Shown piece after piece: positions 43,840 to 52,696 of a stretch of DNA of 64,000 bases. Source of the DNA: Clostridia bacterium (GTDB taxonomy: Bacteria > Bacillota > Clostridia > UBA1381 > UMGS1253); contig JAZRUW010000012.1 in the NCBI GenBank assembly GCA_045652745.1, positions 2,089 to 66,088 of the forward strand, in the 5' to 3' direction. Positions within the stretch are counted from its first letter, which is position 1; each line of letters begins with the position of its first letter. The notes beneath the pieces were generated by a model, which worked only from the letters and a program-made list of their open reading frames with translations, had not been told where the DNA came from and searched no databases. The translations under genes were made by a program, and so were the position numbers.

Positions 43840-44122
43840 ATTATGAAAACGCTGTGATGCGGAATAGTACGCGAAAAGTTTTCGCCTGGAGAGAGATGCC
43901 GGACGGTGCGAGGCATTGGGAAGGTTTTGCAGAACTCACCGCGGAGCGGCTGCCGTGAAAAATAAAGTAGAGGCAGACGGGAACTCCCGTTACAGAGTCA
44001 AGATGTGTTAGCATCTAAAGGGCATCCCGAAGGATGAAGAAGAGTGGTACCGCGGAAGCAAAAAACAGTTAATGTTATGCTTTCGTCTCTTTCAAAACTA
44101 AAAGAGACGAAAGCATTTTTTT
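43840..44122 (+). promoter_or_regulatory. T-box riboswitch leader, specifier codon CUC (Leu)
   Basis: Stem I has a K-turn-like GCTGTGATGCGG / CCGCGGAGCGGC base, an AGTA element, a GGAGAGAG bulge and a GGTGCGAG distal loop. The specifier loop gcagaaCTCa places CTC at 43935-43937. The conserved T-box sequence AAGAGTGGTACCGCG is at 44039-44055. A 16-bp terminator (44077-44116) plus a T-run follows. Confidence 0.85.
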
Positions 44123-44158
44123 GTATCTTTCGTTTCAAAAAGGAAAGGGAGAAAAATT

Positions 44159-45547
44159 ATGAGAACAATCCATGTAACAGACATTACGCTCAAGAAATTG
44201 GCGGCAGAGCGCGCAGTTTCGCTGTTGTTTCGTGAAAAGACCGCGATTGCGGCCTGTGCAGATTCTATCGGTGCAGATGCGATAGAGCTTGCGGCGATTT
44301 CGAGCCTCAGAGAGGATACGATTATTTATAAGACTATTTCCCAAAACGTACAAAACAGCATCTTGGCGATTCCGGTCGGCTTTTCGGCGCAGGAGGTTTG
44401 CGATGCGTGGGAATGTGTAAAGGAAGCCGCAAAGCCGAGATTGCAAATTGAGGTACCGACTTCGACGGTGCAGATGGAGTATATGTATCATGTCAAAGCC
44501 GATAAGATGGCAGAAAAAATCGGTGCGCTGACCAAACAGGCAAAGGCACTTTGCGCGGATGTGGAGTTTGTTGCGTTGGATGCAACACGTGCGGATGAAG
44601 AATTTTTGATTGCCGCATGTAAGAGCGCAGAGGAAAACGGTGCAAATCTTGTGACGGTTTGTGATGATACAGGGATGGCACTTCCGGAGGAAATCGCGGC
44701 ATTGGTCGGCAAGGTAAAGGCGGCCGTATCCGTGCCGGTGTATGTATCCGTATGCGACGGTATAGGTATGGCAAACGCGGCGGCTGTGGCGGCAATTTCT
44801 GCCGGTGCAGACGGCGTAAAGTGCGCGATGGCAGGTGCAAAAGTACTGCAGATGGGCACTTTTAGCGCGGCGATGACAGCGCGCGGCGATGCCCTCGGCG
44901 TAAACTGCGGTTTGGTGAACACAAAAATTCATGCAAGTATTGAGGACTTATTGTCTAAAATCAATCACGAGGCGTATGAAAGTGCGGACAGCGTGAGCGA
45001 AAAGAAAAAGATTTTGCTTGACGAGGATTCCACAATTTCCGATGTGGCCCATGCTGCAAATGTGCTTGGCTACGATTTGTCCGATGAGGACAACGGCAAG
45101 GTGCATAAGGCGCTTATGCAGGTTTGTGAAAAGAAAGGCTCCGTCGGTGCTAAGGAGTTTGAGGCACTCATTGCAAGCAGTGCGATGCAGGCGCCGTCTA
45201 CCTATCATTTTGAAAGTTATTCGACGAGCTGCGGCAATCTGACGAGTGCAATGTCGCAGGTAACGCTCAGATGCGGCGACGAGCTTTTGTGCGGTGTGAG
45301 CACGGGCGACGGCCCGATTGACTCGGTATTCCGCGCCATCGAGCAGAGCATCGGATATCACTATGAACTCGACGATTTCCAGATTCAGTCCGTGACGGAC
45401 GGCAAAGAAGCACTCGGCTCAGCGTTGGTAAAACTGCGTGTGGGCGGCAAACTCTATTCCGGTAACGGTAGTTCGACTGACATTGTAGCGGCGAGCATCC
45501 GTGCGTATATCAATGCGCTCAATAAGATTGTATTTGAGGAGGCGTAA
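44159..45547 (+). CDS. 2-isopropylmalate-synthase-like protein with degenerate catalytic motifs and an intact LeuA allosteric (dimerisation) domain
   Basis: The HMGL-like barrel aligns by eye (DVEFVALDATRADEEFL..NLVTVCDDTGMALPEE), but DTTLRDGEQ is DITLKKLAA, HxHNDxG is VSVCDGIG and GIGERAGN is AGAKVLQM. The C-terminal GDGPIDSVFRAIE..SVTDGKEALGSALVKL..GNGSSTDIVAASIRAYINALNKI is a canonical LeuA_dimer domain. Confidence 0.75.
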   Translation: MRTIHVTDITLKKLAAERAVSLLFREKTAIAACADSIGADAIELAAISSLREDTIIYKTISQNVQNSILAIPVGFSAQEVCDAWECVKEAAKPRLQIEVPTSTVQMEYMYHVKADKMAEKIGALTKQAKALCADVEFVALDATRADEEFLIAACKSAEENGANLVTVCDDTGMALPEEIAALVGKVKAAVSVPVYVSVCDGIGMANAAAVAAISAGADGVKCAMAGAKVLQMGTFSAAMTARGDALGVNCGLVNTKIHASIEDLLSKINHEAYESADSVSEKKKILLDEDSTISDVAHAANVLGYDLSDEDNGKVHKALMQVCEKKGSVGAKEFEALIASSAMQAPSTYHFESYSTSCGNLTSAMSQVTLRCGDELLCGVSTGDGPIDSVFRAIEQSIGYHYELDDFQIQSVTDGKEALGSALVKLRVGGKLYSGNGSSTDIVAASIRAYINALNKIVFEEA

Positions 45548-45550
45548 GCG

Positions 45551-48010
45551 ATGAAACTGACCTTTTCAACGAAAAACGTGCATCGTCCTACCTTTCTGGA
45601 TACCTGCCGTTATGCATATGATTACGGCTATGCAGGTTTTGAAATTTATGACGCTGTTGCGGAACGTAAGCAGCACCACGACAGTATTTTAAGAACAGAT
45701 CGCGTGGCGGATGCAAAACGCAAGTTGTTTAATCGCGGTTTGGCAGTATCTGCGCTGCGCTACCCGTACGAAGTGGAAAGCGAACTGGCCTGTGCACAGA
45801 CACTTGAAAAATATGTTGATATGGCGAGAAATGCGGGCATTGAACGTGTCATCGTACGTGTTTGGGAAGAACCGGACAAGGCGCTGCTTTATGAGAAGCT
45901 GATGCCGGCAATTCAGCGTGCGGAAAAAGCGGATATACAGATTTTGTTTGAAACGGCCGGCTACCTGGCGCAGACGGAGCATGTGATTGATTTAATCAAT
46001 CTATTTTCGTCGGCAGCAATCGGGGTTTCGTGGAACACGAGAGAAACCTATTTCCGTGCCGGTGAGAGTGCCGATAAGACCATTAAAACCTTAGGTGCGT
46101 ATATCAAATATGTGCGACTCGGCGATATGGCGGACGGCAAAAAAGTGCTCATCGGTGAGGGAGAATTGCCGGTGACCAATGTAATTAACGCGCTTTCTTC
46201 GCTCAATTTTGACGGCTATATTTGTGTGGCATGGAATGAAGAAATTCAGGATGCAGATATTGTTTTGACGCATTTTATAAATTATATCGCCAGCCTTTCG
46301 CGCCGCCGCAAGGAAAAAGACGGCGCGTACTATAACCGCGATAAGTCGGGTACATTTGTCTGGAAAAAGTATGATGTCATTGATGCAACATTTTCCGATG
46401 TGCTCGATACGATGGTAGAAAAGTATCCGGACCAGTATGCCTTTAAGTATACGACCTTGGATTATACCCGTACTTATGCGCAATTCCGCCGCGATGTGGA
46501 TGAATGTGCGGCGGCGCTGATTTCGCTGGGTGTAAAAGCGGGCGACCATGTTGCCGTGTGGGCAACCAATGTGCCGGCGTGGTTTATTACCTTCTGGGCA
46601 ACCACGAAAATCGGTGCGGTACTCGTTACGGTAAACACGGCTTATAAAATTCACGAAATTGAATATCTTTTAAAGCAGTCGGATACCCATACGCTGGTGA
46701 TGATTGAAGATTGTAAGGACATCAACTATAAAGAAATTATCGAAGAACTTTGTCCGGAATTAAAGGGATTGAAACCGGGCACACCGCTCTATTCGAAAAA
46801 CCTGCCGTTTTTGCGCAATGTCGTTACGGTAGGCTTTGAGATGGACGGATGTCTTACCTGGGAGAAGATGCTTTCGCGCAGCAGCATGGTGCCGCAGGAG
46901 GAAGTGCGCAGACGCGCATCGCTTGTAAAGCCGGACGATGTGTGCAACATGCAGTACACTTCGGGTACAACCGGTTTTCCGAAAGGTGTTATGCTGACGC
47001 ACAGAAACATTGTAAACAACGGTAAAACCATCGGCGACCGCATGGATTTGTCCACGGCGGACCGCATGATGATTCAGGTGCCGATGTTCCATTGTTTCGG
47101 CATGGTTTTGTCGATGACATCTATGATGACGCACGGCGGCACGCTCTGTCCGATGCCGTACTTTTCGCCGAAATCGTCGCTGGCATGTGTAAATGATGAG
47201 CATATTACCTGCTTTAACGGCGTGCCGACGATGTTTATTGCGATGTTTAACCATGCAGATTTCGCGAAGACCGATTTTTCGTATATGCGTACGGGCATTA
47301 TGGCCGGTGCAAACTGTCCGGCGGATTTGATGCGCCGCGCGGCAGAAGAAATGAATATGCGTGAGATTATTTCCGTGTACGGGCAGACCGAGGCTTCGCC
47401 GGGCTGTACGATGGGTGAGGTCAATGAAGACCTTGACCACCGTGTGGAAACGGTAGGCTCGGCTTTTCCGGGTGTGGAGTGTAAGATTATCGATCCGGAA
47501 ACCGGAGAGGAATTGCCGGACGGCGAGAGCGGCGAGTTTGTAGCGCGCGGCTTTAACATCATGAAGGGGTACTACAAGATGCCGGAGGCAACCGCGCAGA
47601 CGATTGATGCGGACGGCTGGCTCCATTCGGGCGACATTTGCTGCCGTACACCGGATGGCTATTACAAGGTAACGGGCCGACTCAAGGATATGATTATTCG
47701 CGGCGGCGAAAATCTCTATCCGCGTGAAATCGAAGAATTTTATCTTACACATCCGAAGGTGCGCGATGTGCAGGTGGTTGGTGTGCCGGATGAGCGTTAC
47801 GGCGAAGAATGCTGTGCGTGGATTATTTTGCACAAGGGCGAAGAAGCGGACGAAAACGAAATGCGCGAATTTGGTAATGCTTCCATTGCGCGCCATAAAG
47901 TACCGCGCTACTTTGTGTTTGTCAAGGAATTTCCGATGAACGCCGCAGGCAAAATTTTGAAATATAAAATGCGTGACGAATCCGTGGAAATACTCGGATT
48001 GAAAAAATGA
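45551..48010 (+). CDS. fusion protein: xylose-isomerase-like TIM-barrel domain plus AMP-forming acyl-CoA synthetase/ligase
   Basis: Single uninterrupted 819-aa ORF. Residues 1 to about 255 are AP-endonuclease-2/sugar-phosphate-isomerase-like (GYAGFEIYD, ILFETAGY, YIKYVRLGD, NFDGYICVAW). The rest is an adenylate-forming enzyme (MQYTSGTTGFPKGVMLTHRNIV, ..GWLHSGD.., ..RLKDMIIRGGENLYPREIE.., C-terminal ..AAGKILKYKMRD). Confidence 0.8.
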   Translation: MKLTFSTKNVHRPTFLDTCRYAYDYGYAGFEIYDAVAERKQHHDSILRTDRVADAKRKLFNRGLAVSALRYPYEVESELACAQTLEKYVDMARNAGIERVIVRVWEEPDKALLYEKLMPAIQRAEKADIQILFETAGYLAQTEHVIDLINLFSSAAIGVSWNTRETYFRAGESADKTIKTLGAYIKYVRLGDMADGKKVLIGEGELPVTNVINALSSLNFDGYICVAWNEEIQDADIVLTHFINYIASLSRRRKEKDGAYYNRDKSGTFVWKKYDVIDATFSDVLDTMVEKYPDQYAFKYTTLDYTRTYAQFRRDVDECAAALISLGVKAGDHVAVWATNVPAWFITFWATTKIGAVLVTVNTAYKIHEIEYLLKQSDTHTLVMIEDCKDINYKEIIEELCPELKGLKPGTPLYSKNLPFLRNVVTVGFEMDGCLTWEKMLSRSSMVPQEEVRRRASLVKPDDVCNMQYTSGTTGFPKGVMLTHRNIVNNGKTIGDRMDLSTADRMMIQVPMFHCFGMVLSMTSMMTHGGTLCPMPYFSPKSSLACVNDEHITCFNGVPTMFIAMFNHADFAKTDFSYMRTGIMAGANCPADLMRRAAEEMNMREIISVYGQTEASPGCTMGEVNEDLDHRVETVGSAFPGVECKIIDPETGEELPDGESGEFVARGFNIMKGYYKMPEATAQTIDADGWLHSGDICCRTPDGYYKVTGRLKDMIIRGGENLYPREIEEFYLTHPKVRDVQVVGVPDERYGEECCAWIILHKGEEADENEMREFGNASIARHKVPRYFVFVKEFPMNAAGKILKYKMRDESVEILGLKK

Positions 48011-48013
48011 TTC

Positions 48014-48049
48014 AAAAAGACAGATTTTTCTCAAAAATCTGTCTTTTTT
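48014..48049 (+). terminator. rho-independent terminator of the T-box operon
   Basis: aaaaagacagattttt-ctc-aaaaatctgtcttttt. Confidence 0.75.
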
Positions 48050-48052
48050 GTG

Positions 48053-48081
48053 TTGACTTTACAAACAGCCTGTAATATAAT
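48053..48081 (+). promoter_or_regulatory. sigma-A promoter of the 1506-aa surface-protein gene
   Basis: TTGACT (48053-48058), 17-nt spacer, TATAAT (48076-48081). TGTAATATA is repeated at 48071 and 48082. Confidence 0.65.
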
Positions 48082-48124
48082 TGTAATATATGTTTTGACA
48101 AACTGAGCCAAAGGGGAGACGAGT

Positions 48125-51100
48125 ATGAAAAAAATTCTGAGTATGATTTTGACGGTGTGTATGCTTATAAGCGTACTGCCGACAAGCTTTGTATGGGCGG
48201 CGTCCGAGCCGGTCGTGCTGTTTGACTATGACTTTGAGGATTGTGTTCTTGGAGACAACGTGCCGCTCAAGGCGGATTCGCTTACGGATTGGTCAAGCGG
48301 TCTATTTGGGGAACTGCCCCGCATCGAGGCGGTAAAAGATGCCGAGCACGGCACAGTAGTCAAATATTATAGAAAGGAAGGGTCAGGTGCACCGAGACTG
48401 GACAAAGTATTGTACGCAGGCGGTATGACCAATATGACCGTATCTTTTGAGGCAAAACAAGCCGGCGGATCAAAACTGATATGCAGGCTGTATTATGCGG
48501 ATGGAACATCTTATGATGAGTTTACATCGGTTAATCAAACTACATGGACGAAGTTTGAGGTTAAGTTCAATTTTACCGACGGTACATATTCTGTAAATGG
48601 CGGTCAAACTAAAACTATGGCAAGTACAGATACATCTGAACTGACTTTGCGTTTTAGTGCCAGTGTTAGCACGGAGAAATATGCTTATTTAGATGATGTC
48701 TTGGTGACAACAACGGATAATGTGACTCCGGAGGATGTATCCAACGGCGATGTCGGTGTGCGTACACCTGAGGAGATTATGGCGCCGTTTGCGCAGTATA
48801 CGAAGGCACCGGCAACTGCCGTGCCGGATGGCAAGTATAAGCTCTTTGCCTATGACGGCAGTCTGAATACAAACGACGGCGTTGCTACGGGTACGGATGC
48901 ACTCTGGACGAATGTATCCAGAGCAAAGTCGGCCGTTTTGGATGAGGACAACCTCATTCGTTTTACAAATGATAGACGAAGCATGCAAAATGCTTATGTA
49001 ACCAAGAAGCTTGCGGTTGGTACAAATCCGGGCACGGTGTGCATGGAATATTATACCGTGCTTTCGGACAGCAAGGCGTATGTGTCGCTGGCGGCCAATG
49101 AACAAACGGATACAGGTACGACGAACACGACATTGGTGGAGACAAATACAATTACGAAATCGACCGCCGGCGTAAATGCAGACGCATGGAATCTGGTGAA
49201 AGCTGAGTTTGATTTTACAAACGGGCAATATAAGATTTATGTCAATGATACGCTTGCGGAGCAGGGGGCGTTTAAAGCATCCATGCCGGAAGGCGCGTAT
49301 GAAGTCACCATCGGTGCACGCGCAAAGCTTGCAGGGGCAGACACTATGCTGGTCGATAACTTTGTAATGTATCAGGACAGCGAGCCGGAAGTGTCAGGCG
49401 AAAAATACTACGGTACCACGGGTACAACTTGGAGGAAAGTGACGGAGGGCATTAAACTTGATGCGAATAGTTATGTATACAAACTGCGTTCGCATCCGAG
49501 ACTTTTGATTACCAGCCGTCAGGCGGTTTTGGATAAAATTGCTGCAGACCCGAAAGTGGCGGCATGGTATAAAGCTGTTAAAGAGGATGCGGATAAAGAT
49601 TTGGGGAAAGACCCGCAGAAATATGAGTTTTCCAACGGCAGAAATATTAAAAAAGAAGCCAGTGTGATTTCCGGTCGAATCACCCGCCTGGCGTTGGTGT
49701 ATCTGGTAGCGCAAGAAGACAAATATTTTGAGCGTGCGCTTTTAGAAATCCGTAACGCGGGCACATTTCCGGACTGGTCCAATTCGGCGCCGATTCTGGC
49801 ATCGGGCATTATGTACAGTATTGCATGCTTTTACGACTGGTGCTATGACGCGCCGGGTATGACAGCTGCAGTTAAAACAGAGATTATTGACATTGTCAAG
49901 AAACAGGCGCTCTGGCAGTTTGCACGTTCGTATGACGGCGTAATCAACGTAGAAATTGCAAACGGTAACACAAACAGAACGACGGTTGCCAATGCCTGCG
50001 GTGCGGGTATGGCAATTGCAATGGCGGACGAAGAGCAGCTGCTTGCACAATATTTGATTGATAATGCGATTAAGTGCACCCAGCAGACGGTAAATGCGTA
50101 TAGTACGGACGGTGCATTTTCGGAGGGTACATCCTACTGGGAATATGCAAATGACAGTATGTTTAACTTCCTTGCGCAGATGGACAGCGCAACGGTGGAG
50201 GGCTATGAAAAGCCGCAGGCACTGCAGTGGTATTATGAGTCAGGAGAGTTGTACAATACACCCGATTACTGGGCATATATGTCCGGTCCGGCCGGTAATT
50301 TTGACTACGGCGATTCCAATCCGGAATTTTCGGGACATCCGTTAATCTACTGGTATTCCCAGCGTAACAACAGACCGTTTTACAGTTGGTTTTTGGAAAG
50401 AACGCTGCAGAGAATCGGTTCTTCGGTAGGCAGCAAAAAGTTTGCGATTGCTTATTACGATAACACTTTTGAAAGCTACAATGACGGCACGATGCCGCTG
50501 GATAAAACCTTTAATGCAACCGCTTTGGCGCAGGTAGCGAGCATGCGCTCGTCCTGGACTGCAGGCGATGCTCTGTATGCGGCAATCCAGGGCGGTGACA
50601 ACCAAGCGAGCCATATGGCAAAATCGCTCGGTACATTTGTGCTCGATGCAAACGGCAAGCGCTTTGTACGCCAGATTGGGCATGTGGATTATGGTTCACT
50701 GTATGATTCGCATCTGTATTACATGGAGCGTGCCGAGGGTAATAATACCATTATCGCGAACCCGAACTTGGATGGCGAGAGCTTTGACCAAAACGAGAAT
50801 GCCATCGCAAGATTTATCAAACATGCAGAGGCGGAAAACGAAGCCTACACCGTGCTGAATATGACGGAAACAAACGATGCATTTACCGATGCAAAGCGCG
50901 GTATGTATATGACCAAGGGCAGAAACTCGGTTGTGCTTCAGGATGAAATCGAAACAAATACACCGTCCGAAATCTGGTGGTTTGCGCATACGGATGCAGA
51001 GCTTACGTTAACAGAGGACAAAAAGGGCGCAATCATGCGTATCGGCAACGAAAAGGTGTATGCGAGAATTACGAGCGGCCCTGCGGATGCGGTCTTTACC

Positions 51101-52645
51101 GTAATGGAAGCCGAGTCGATGATGGATGAGGAGCTTCGTGCACCGGACGAAATTGCGGTAAATTGTCAGAAGCTTGCTATTCATATGCAAAATGTTTCCG
51201 ACCTTACATTGACAGTGGAATTTATTCCGCTTCGTACAGGAGAAGGTGTACCGACTGCATTTACCGAGGTTAAGCCGATTGAGAACTGGAGCGTATCGGA
51301 TAATACAATCTCTGCAAAGCGTCAGGCAGGCGATGCCGTTGTGATGCTTGCAAACAGTCCGATGGCGATTGCATATGAATCCAAAGTTGCCATTAACGAA
51401 AACGATACAAATGTTGCGCCGTTTGTGCAAGACGAGGTGCTCTATGTACCGGCGATTCGCACGGCGGAACTTGCTTACGGCAAGGCAACATTTAAAGACG
51501 GCAACCTCAGCGTAACGAGAGATTATGTAACCAACACAATCAGCGAAGGCTTATTGACGCGGGACGATGTGGTATATGCACCGGCAACGGCGCTTGCAAC
51601 GGCGCTCGGCATGCAGCTTTACACCTACGAAAACAGCATGTTTGCTTTTGCGGACAGAGACCCTGCCTATACGGATGCAGAAAAGGCAGCCGTATACACG
51701 GAGCTCAATACCCATGTTTACTTAAACGAGGAGCTGTTTACAGGTTTCAGCACGGAAAAAACGACCTATTTCATCCCGAATGACATTTCGATGCCGACCG
51801 TGCGCGTGTCGAGCGGTGAGACAGTGACCAAGACAAAGGATAGCGCAAGCTTTACGGTAAACGGACAGACTTATAATTTCTATCGCACGGACGTCGTGGA
51901 TGCGGTAGCCCGCTACAATGTTGCTCTCGGCAAAGTATTGACGGCGAATAAGGAAATGGGTGGCACAAACATAGTGGATTATATAACGGATGGCGATATG
52001 AGCACCTTCGGCGGTGTAAAGTACACAACCGTAAAGAATGTAACCTTTACGCTCGAACTGGAAGGCCCGCACTATATAGAATCTCTGCAACTGACCGATA
52101 GAAGACCGGAAGCTGCTTCAGTTATGGAGAAGGTTGTATACACCGGTATTCTGGAAGACGGCAGCAAGGTGAACCTCGGCGGAATTGAAAACATGGATGT
52201 TGCCGGCGAACTTTCAGGCGAACGCCGCTTAAATGTTGTACAGTGTGCGGTTGAGCAGCCGGTTACTGCCATTGAAATGTATCTGGAAGATACCAACGGT
52301 TCTGTCAATGGTGAGAACGATGACAGAATCTCTATCTATGAATTTGAGGTTATCGGCATCAAGGCAAGTACAGAGCCGATTGTTCCGGAAACCTATACGA
52401 CGTATGCAAAGACTGACGGAGGGTATGCTTTCAGCACGGAATTTGCCGGTTTGATACCGCAGAGCGGTTATCTGATTGCTGTCGCCTATAACGGTGACAA
52501 GCAGGTTGGTATGAGAATCGTGCCGTGTACAGGCAAAGAAAAGGAAGAATACACAATGGAATGTACAGCACTTGATAAGGTGCAGATTATGCTGTTGGAG
52601 TCGTTTTACACAATGCGGCTTCTTGCAAATCCGGAAATTTTATAA
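48125..52645 (+). CDS. large secreted heparinase II/III-family (polysaccharide-lyase-like) multidomain protein
   Basis: Signal peptide, then two ConA/LamG-like modules (FDYDFEDCVLGD.., ..VDNFVMYQD). The heparinase II/III-like core runs LRSHPRLLITSRQAVLDKIAADPKVAAWY.., FPDWSN.., ..GDNQASHMAKSLGTFVLDANGKRF... A copper-amine-oxidase-like stalk segment and a discoidin/F5-8-type-C-like module lie near the C-terminus. Confidence 0.7.
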   Translation: MKKILSMILTVCMLISVLPTSFVWAASEPVVLFDYDFEDCVLGDNVPLKADSLTDWSSGLFGELPRIEAVKDAEHGTVVKYYRKEGSGAPRLDKVLYAGGMTNMTVSFEAKQAGGSKLICRLYYADGTSYDEFTSVNQTTWTKFEVKFNFTDGTYSVNGGQTKTMASTDTSELTLRFSASVSTEKYAYLDDVLVTTTDNVTPEDVSNGDVGVRTPEEIMAPFAQYTKAPATAVPDGKYKLFAYDGSLNTNDGVATGTDALWTNVSRAKSAVLDEDNLIRFTNDRRSMQNAYVTKKLAVGTNPGTVCMEYYTVLSDSKAYVSLAANEQTDTGTTNTTLVETNTITKSTAGVNADAWNLVKAEFDFTNGQYKIYVNDTLAEQGAFKASMPEGAYEVTIGARAKLAGADTMLVDNFVMYQDSEPEVSGEKYYGTTGTTWRKVTEGIKLDANSYVYKLRSHPRLLITSRQAVLDKIAADPKVAAWYKAVKEDADKDLGKDPQKYEFSNGRNIKKEASVISGRITRLALVYLVAQEDKYFERALLEIRNAGTFPDWSNSAPILASGIMYSIACFYDWCYDAPGMTAAVKTEIIDIVKKQALWQFARSYDGVINVEIANGNTNRTTVANACGAGMAIAMADEEQLLAQYLIDNAIKCTQQTVNAYSTDGAFSEGTSYWEYANDSMFNFLAQMDSATVEGYEKPQALQWYYESGELYNTPDYWAYMSGPAGNFDYGDSNPEFSGHPLIYWYSQRNNRPFYSWFLERTLQRIGSSVGSKKFAIAYYDNTFESYNDGTMPLDKTFNATALAQVASMRSSWTAGDALYAAIQGGDNQASHMAKSLGTFVLDANGKRFVRQIGHVDYGSLYDSHLYYMERAEGNNTIIANPNLDGESFDQNENAIARFIKHAEAENEAYTVLNMTETNDAFTDAKRGMYMTKGRNSVVLQDEIETNTPSEIWWFAHTDAELTLTEDKKGAIMRIGNEKVYARITSGPADAVFTVMEAESMMDEELRAPDEIAVNCQKLAIHMQNVSDLTLTVEFIPLRTGEGVPTAFTEVKPIENWSVSDNTISAKRQAGDAVVMLANSPMAIAYESKVAINENDTNVAPFVQDEVLYVPAIRTAELAYGKATFKDGNLSVTRDYVTNTISEGLLTRDDVVYAPATALATALGMQLYTYENSMFAFADRDPAYTDAEKAAVYTELNTHVYLNEELFTGFSTEKTTYFIPNDISMPTVRVSSGETVTKTKDSASFTVNGQTYNFYRTDVVDAVARYNVALGKVLTANKEMGGTNIVDYITDGDMSTFGGVKYTTVKNVTFTLELEGPHYIESLQLTDRRPEAASVMEKVVYTGILEDGSKVNLGGIENMDVAGELSGERRLNVVQCAVEQPVTAIEMYLEDTNGSVNGENDDRISIYEFEVIGIKASTEPIVPETYTTYAKTDGGYAFSTEFAGLIPQSGYLIAVAYNGDKQVGMRIVPCTGKEKEEYTMECTALDKVQIMLLESFYTMRLLANPEIL

Positions 52646-52658
52646 GCATAGCGTAATG

Positions 52659-52691
52659 AAAGCACCGAGCAAAGGATTTGCTCGGTGCTTT
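52659..52691. terminator. bidirectional terminator between convergent genes
   Basis: aaagcaccgagcaaa-gga-tttgctcggtgcttt. Confidence 0.7.
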
Positions 52692-52696
52692 ACAAT

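Noticed and set aside
46760-48034. 424-aa minus-strand ORF opposite the acyl-CoA ligase domain.
   Set aside because: It is antisense to a gene with clear AMP-binding motifs. The translation is low-complexity (R/H/F-rich), and the ORF runs through the operon terminator.
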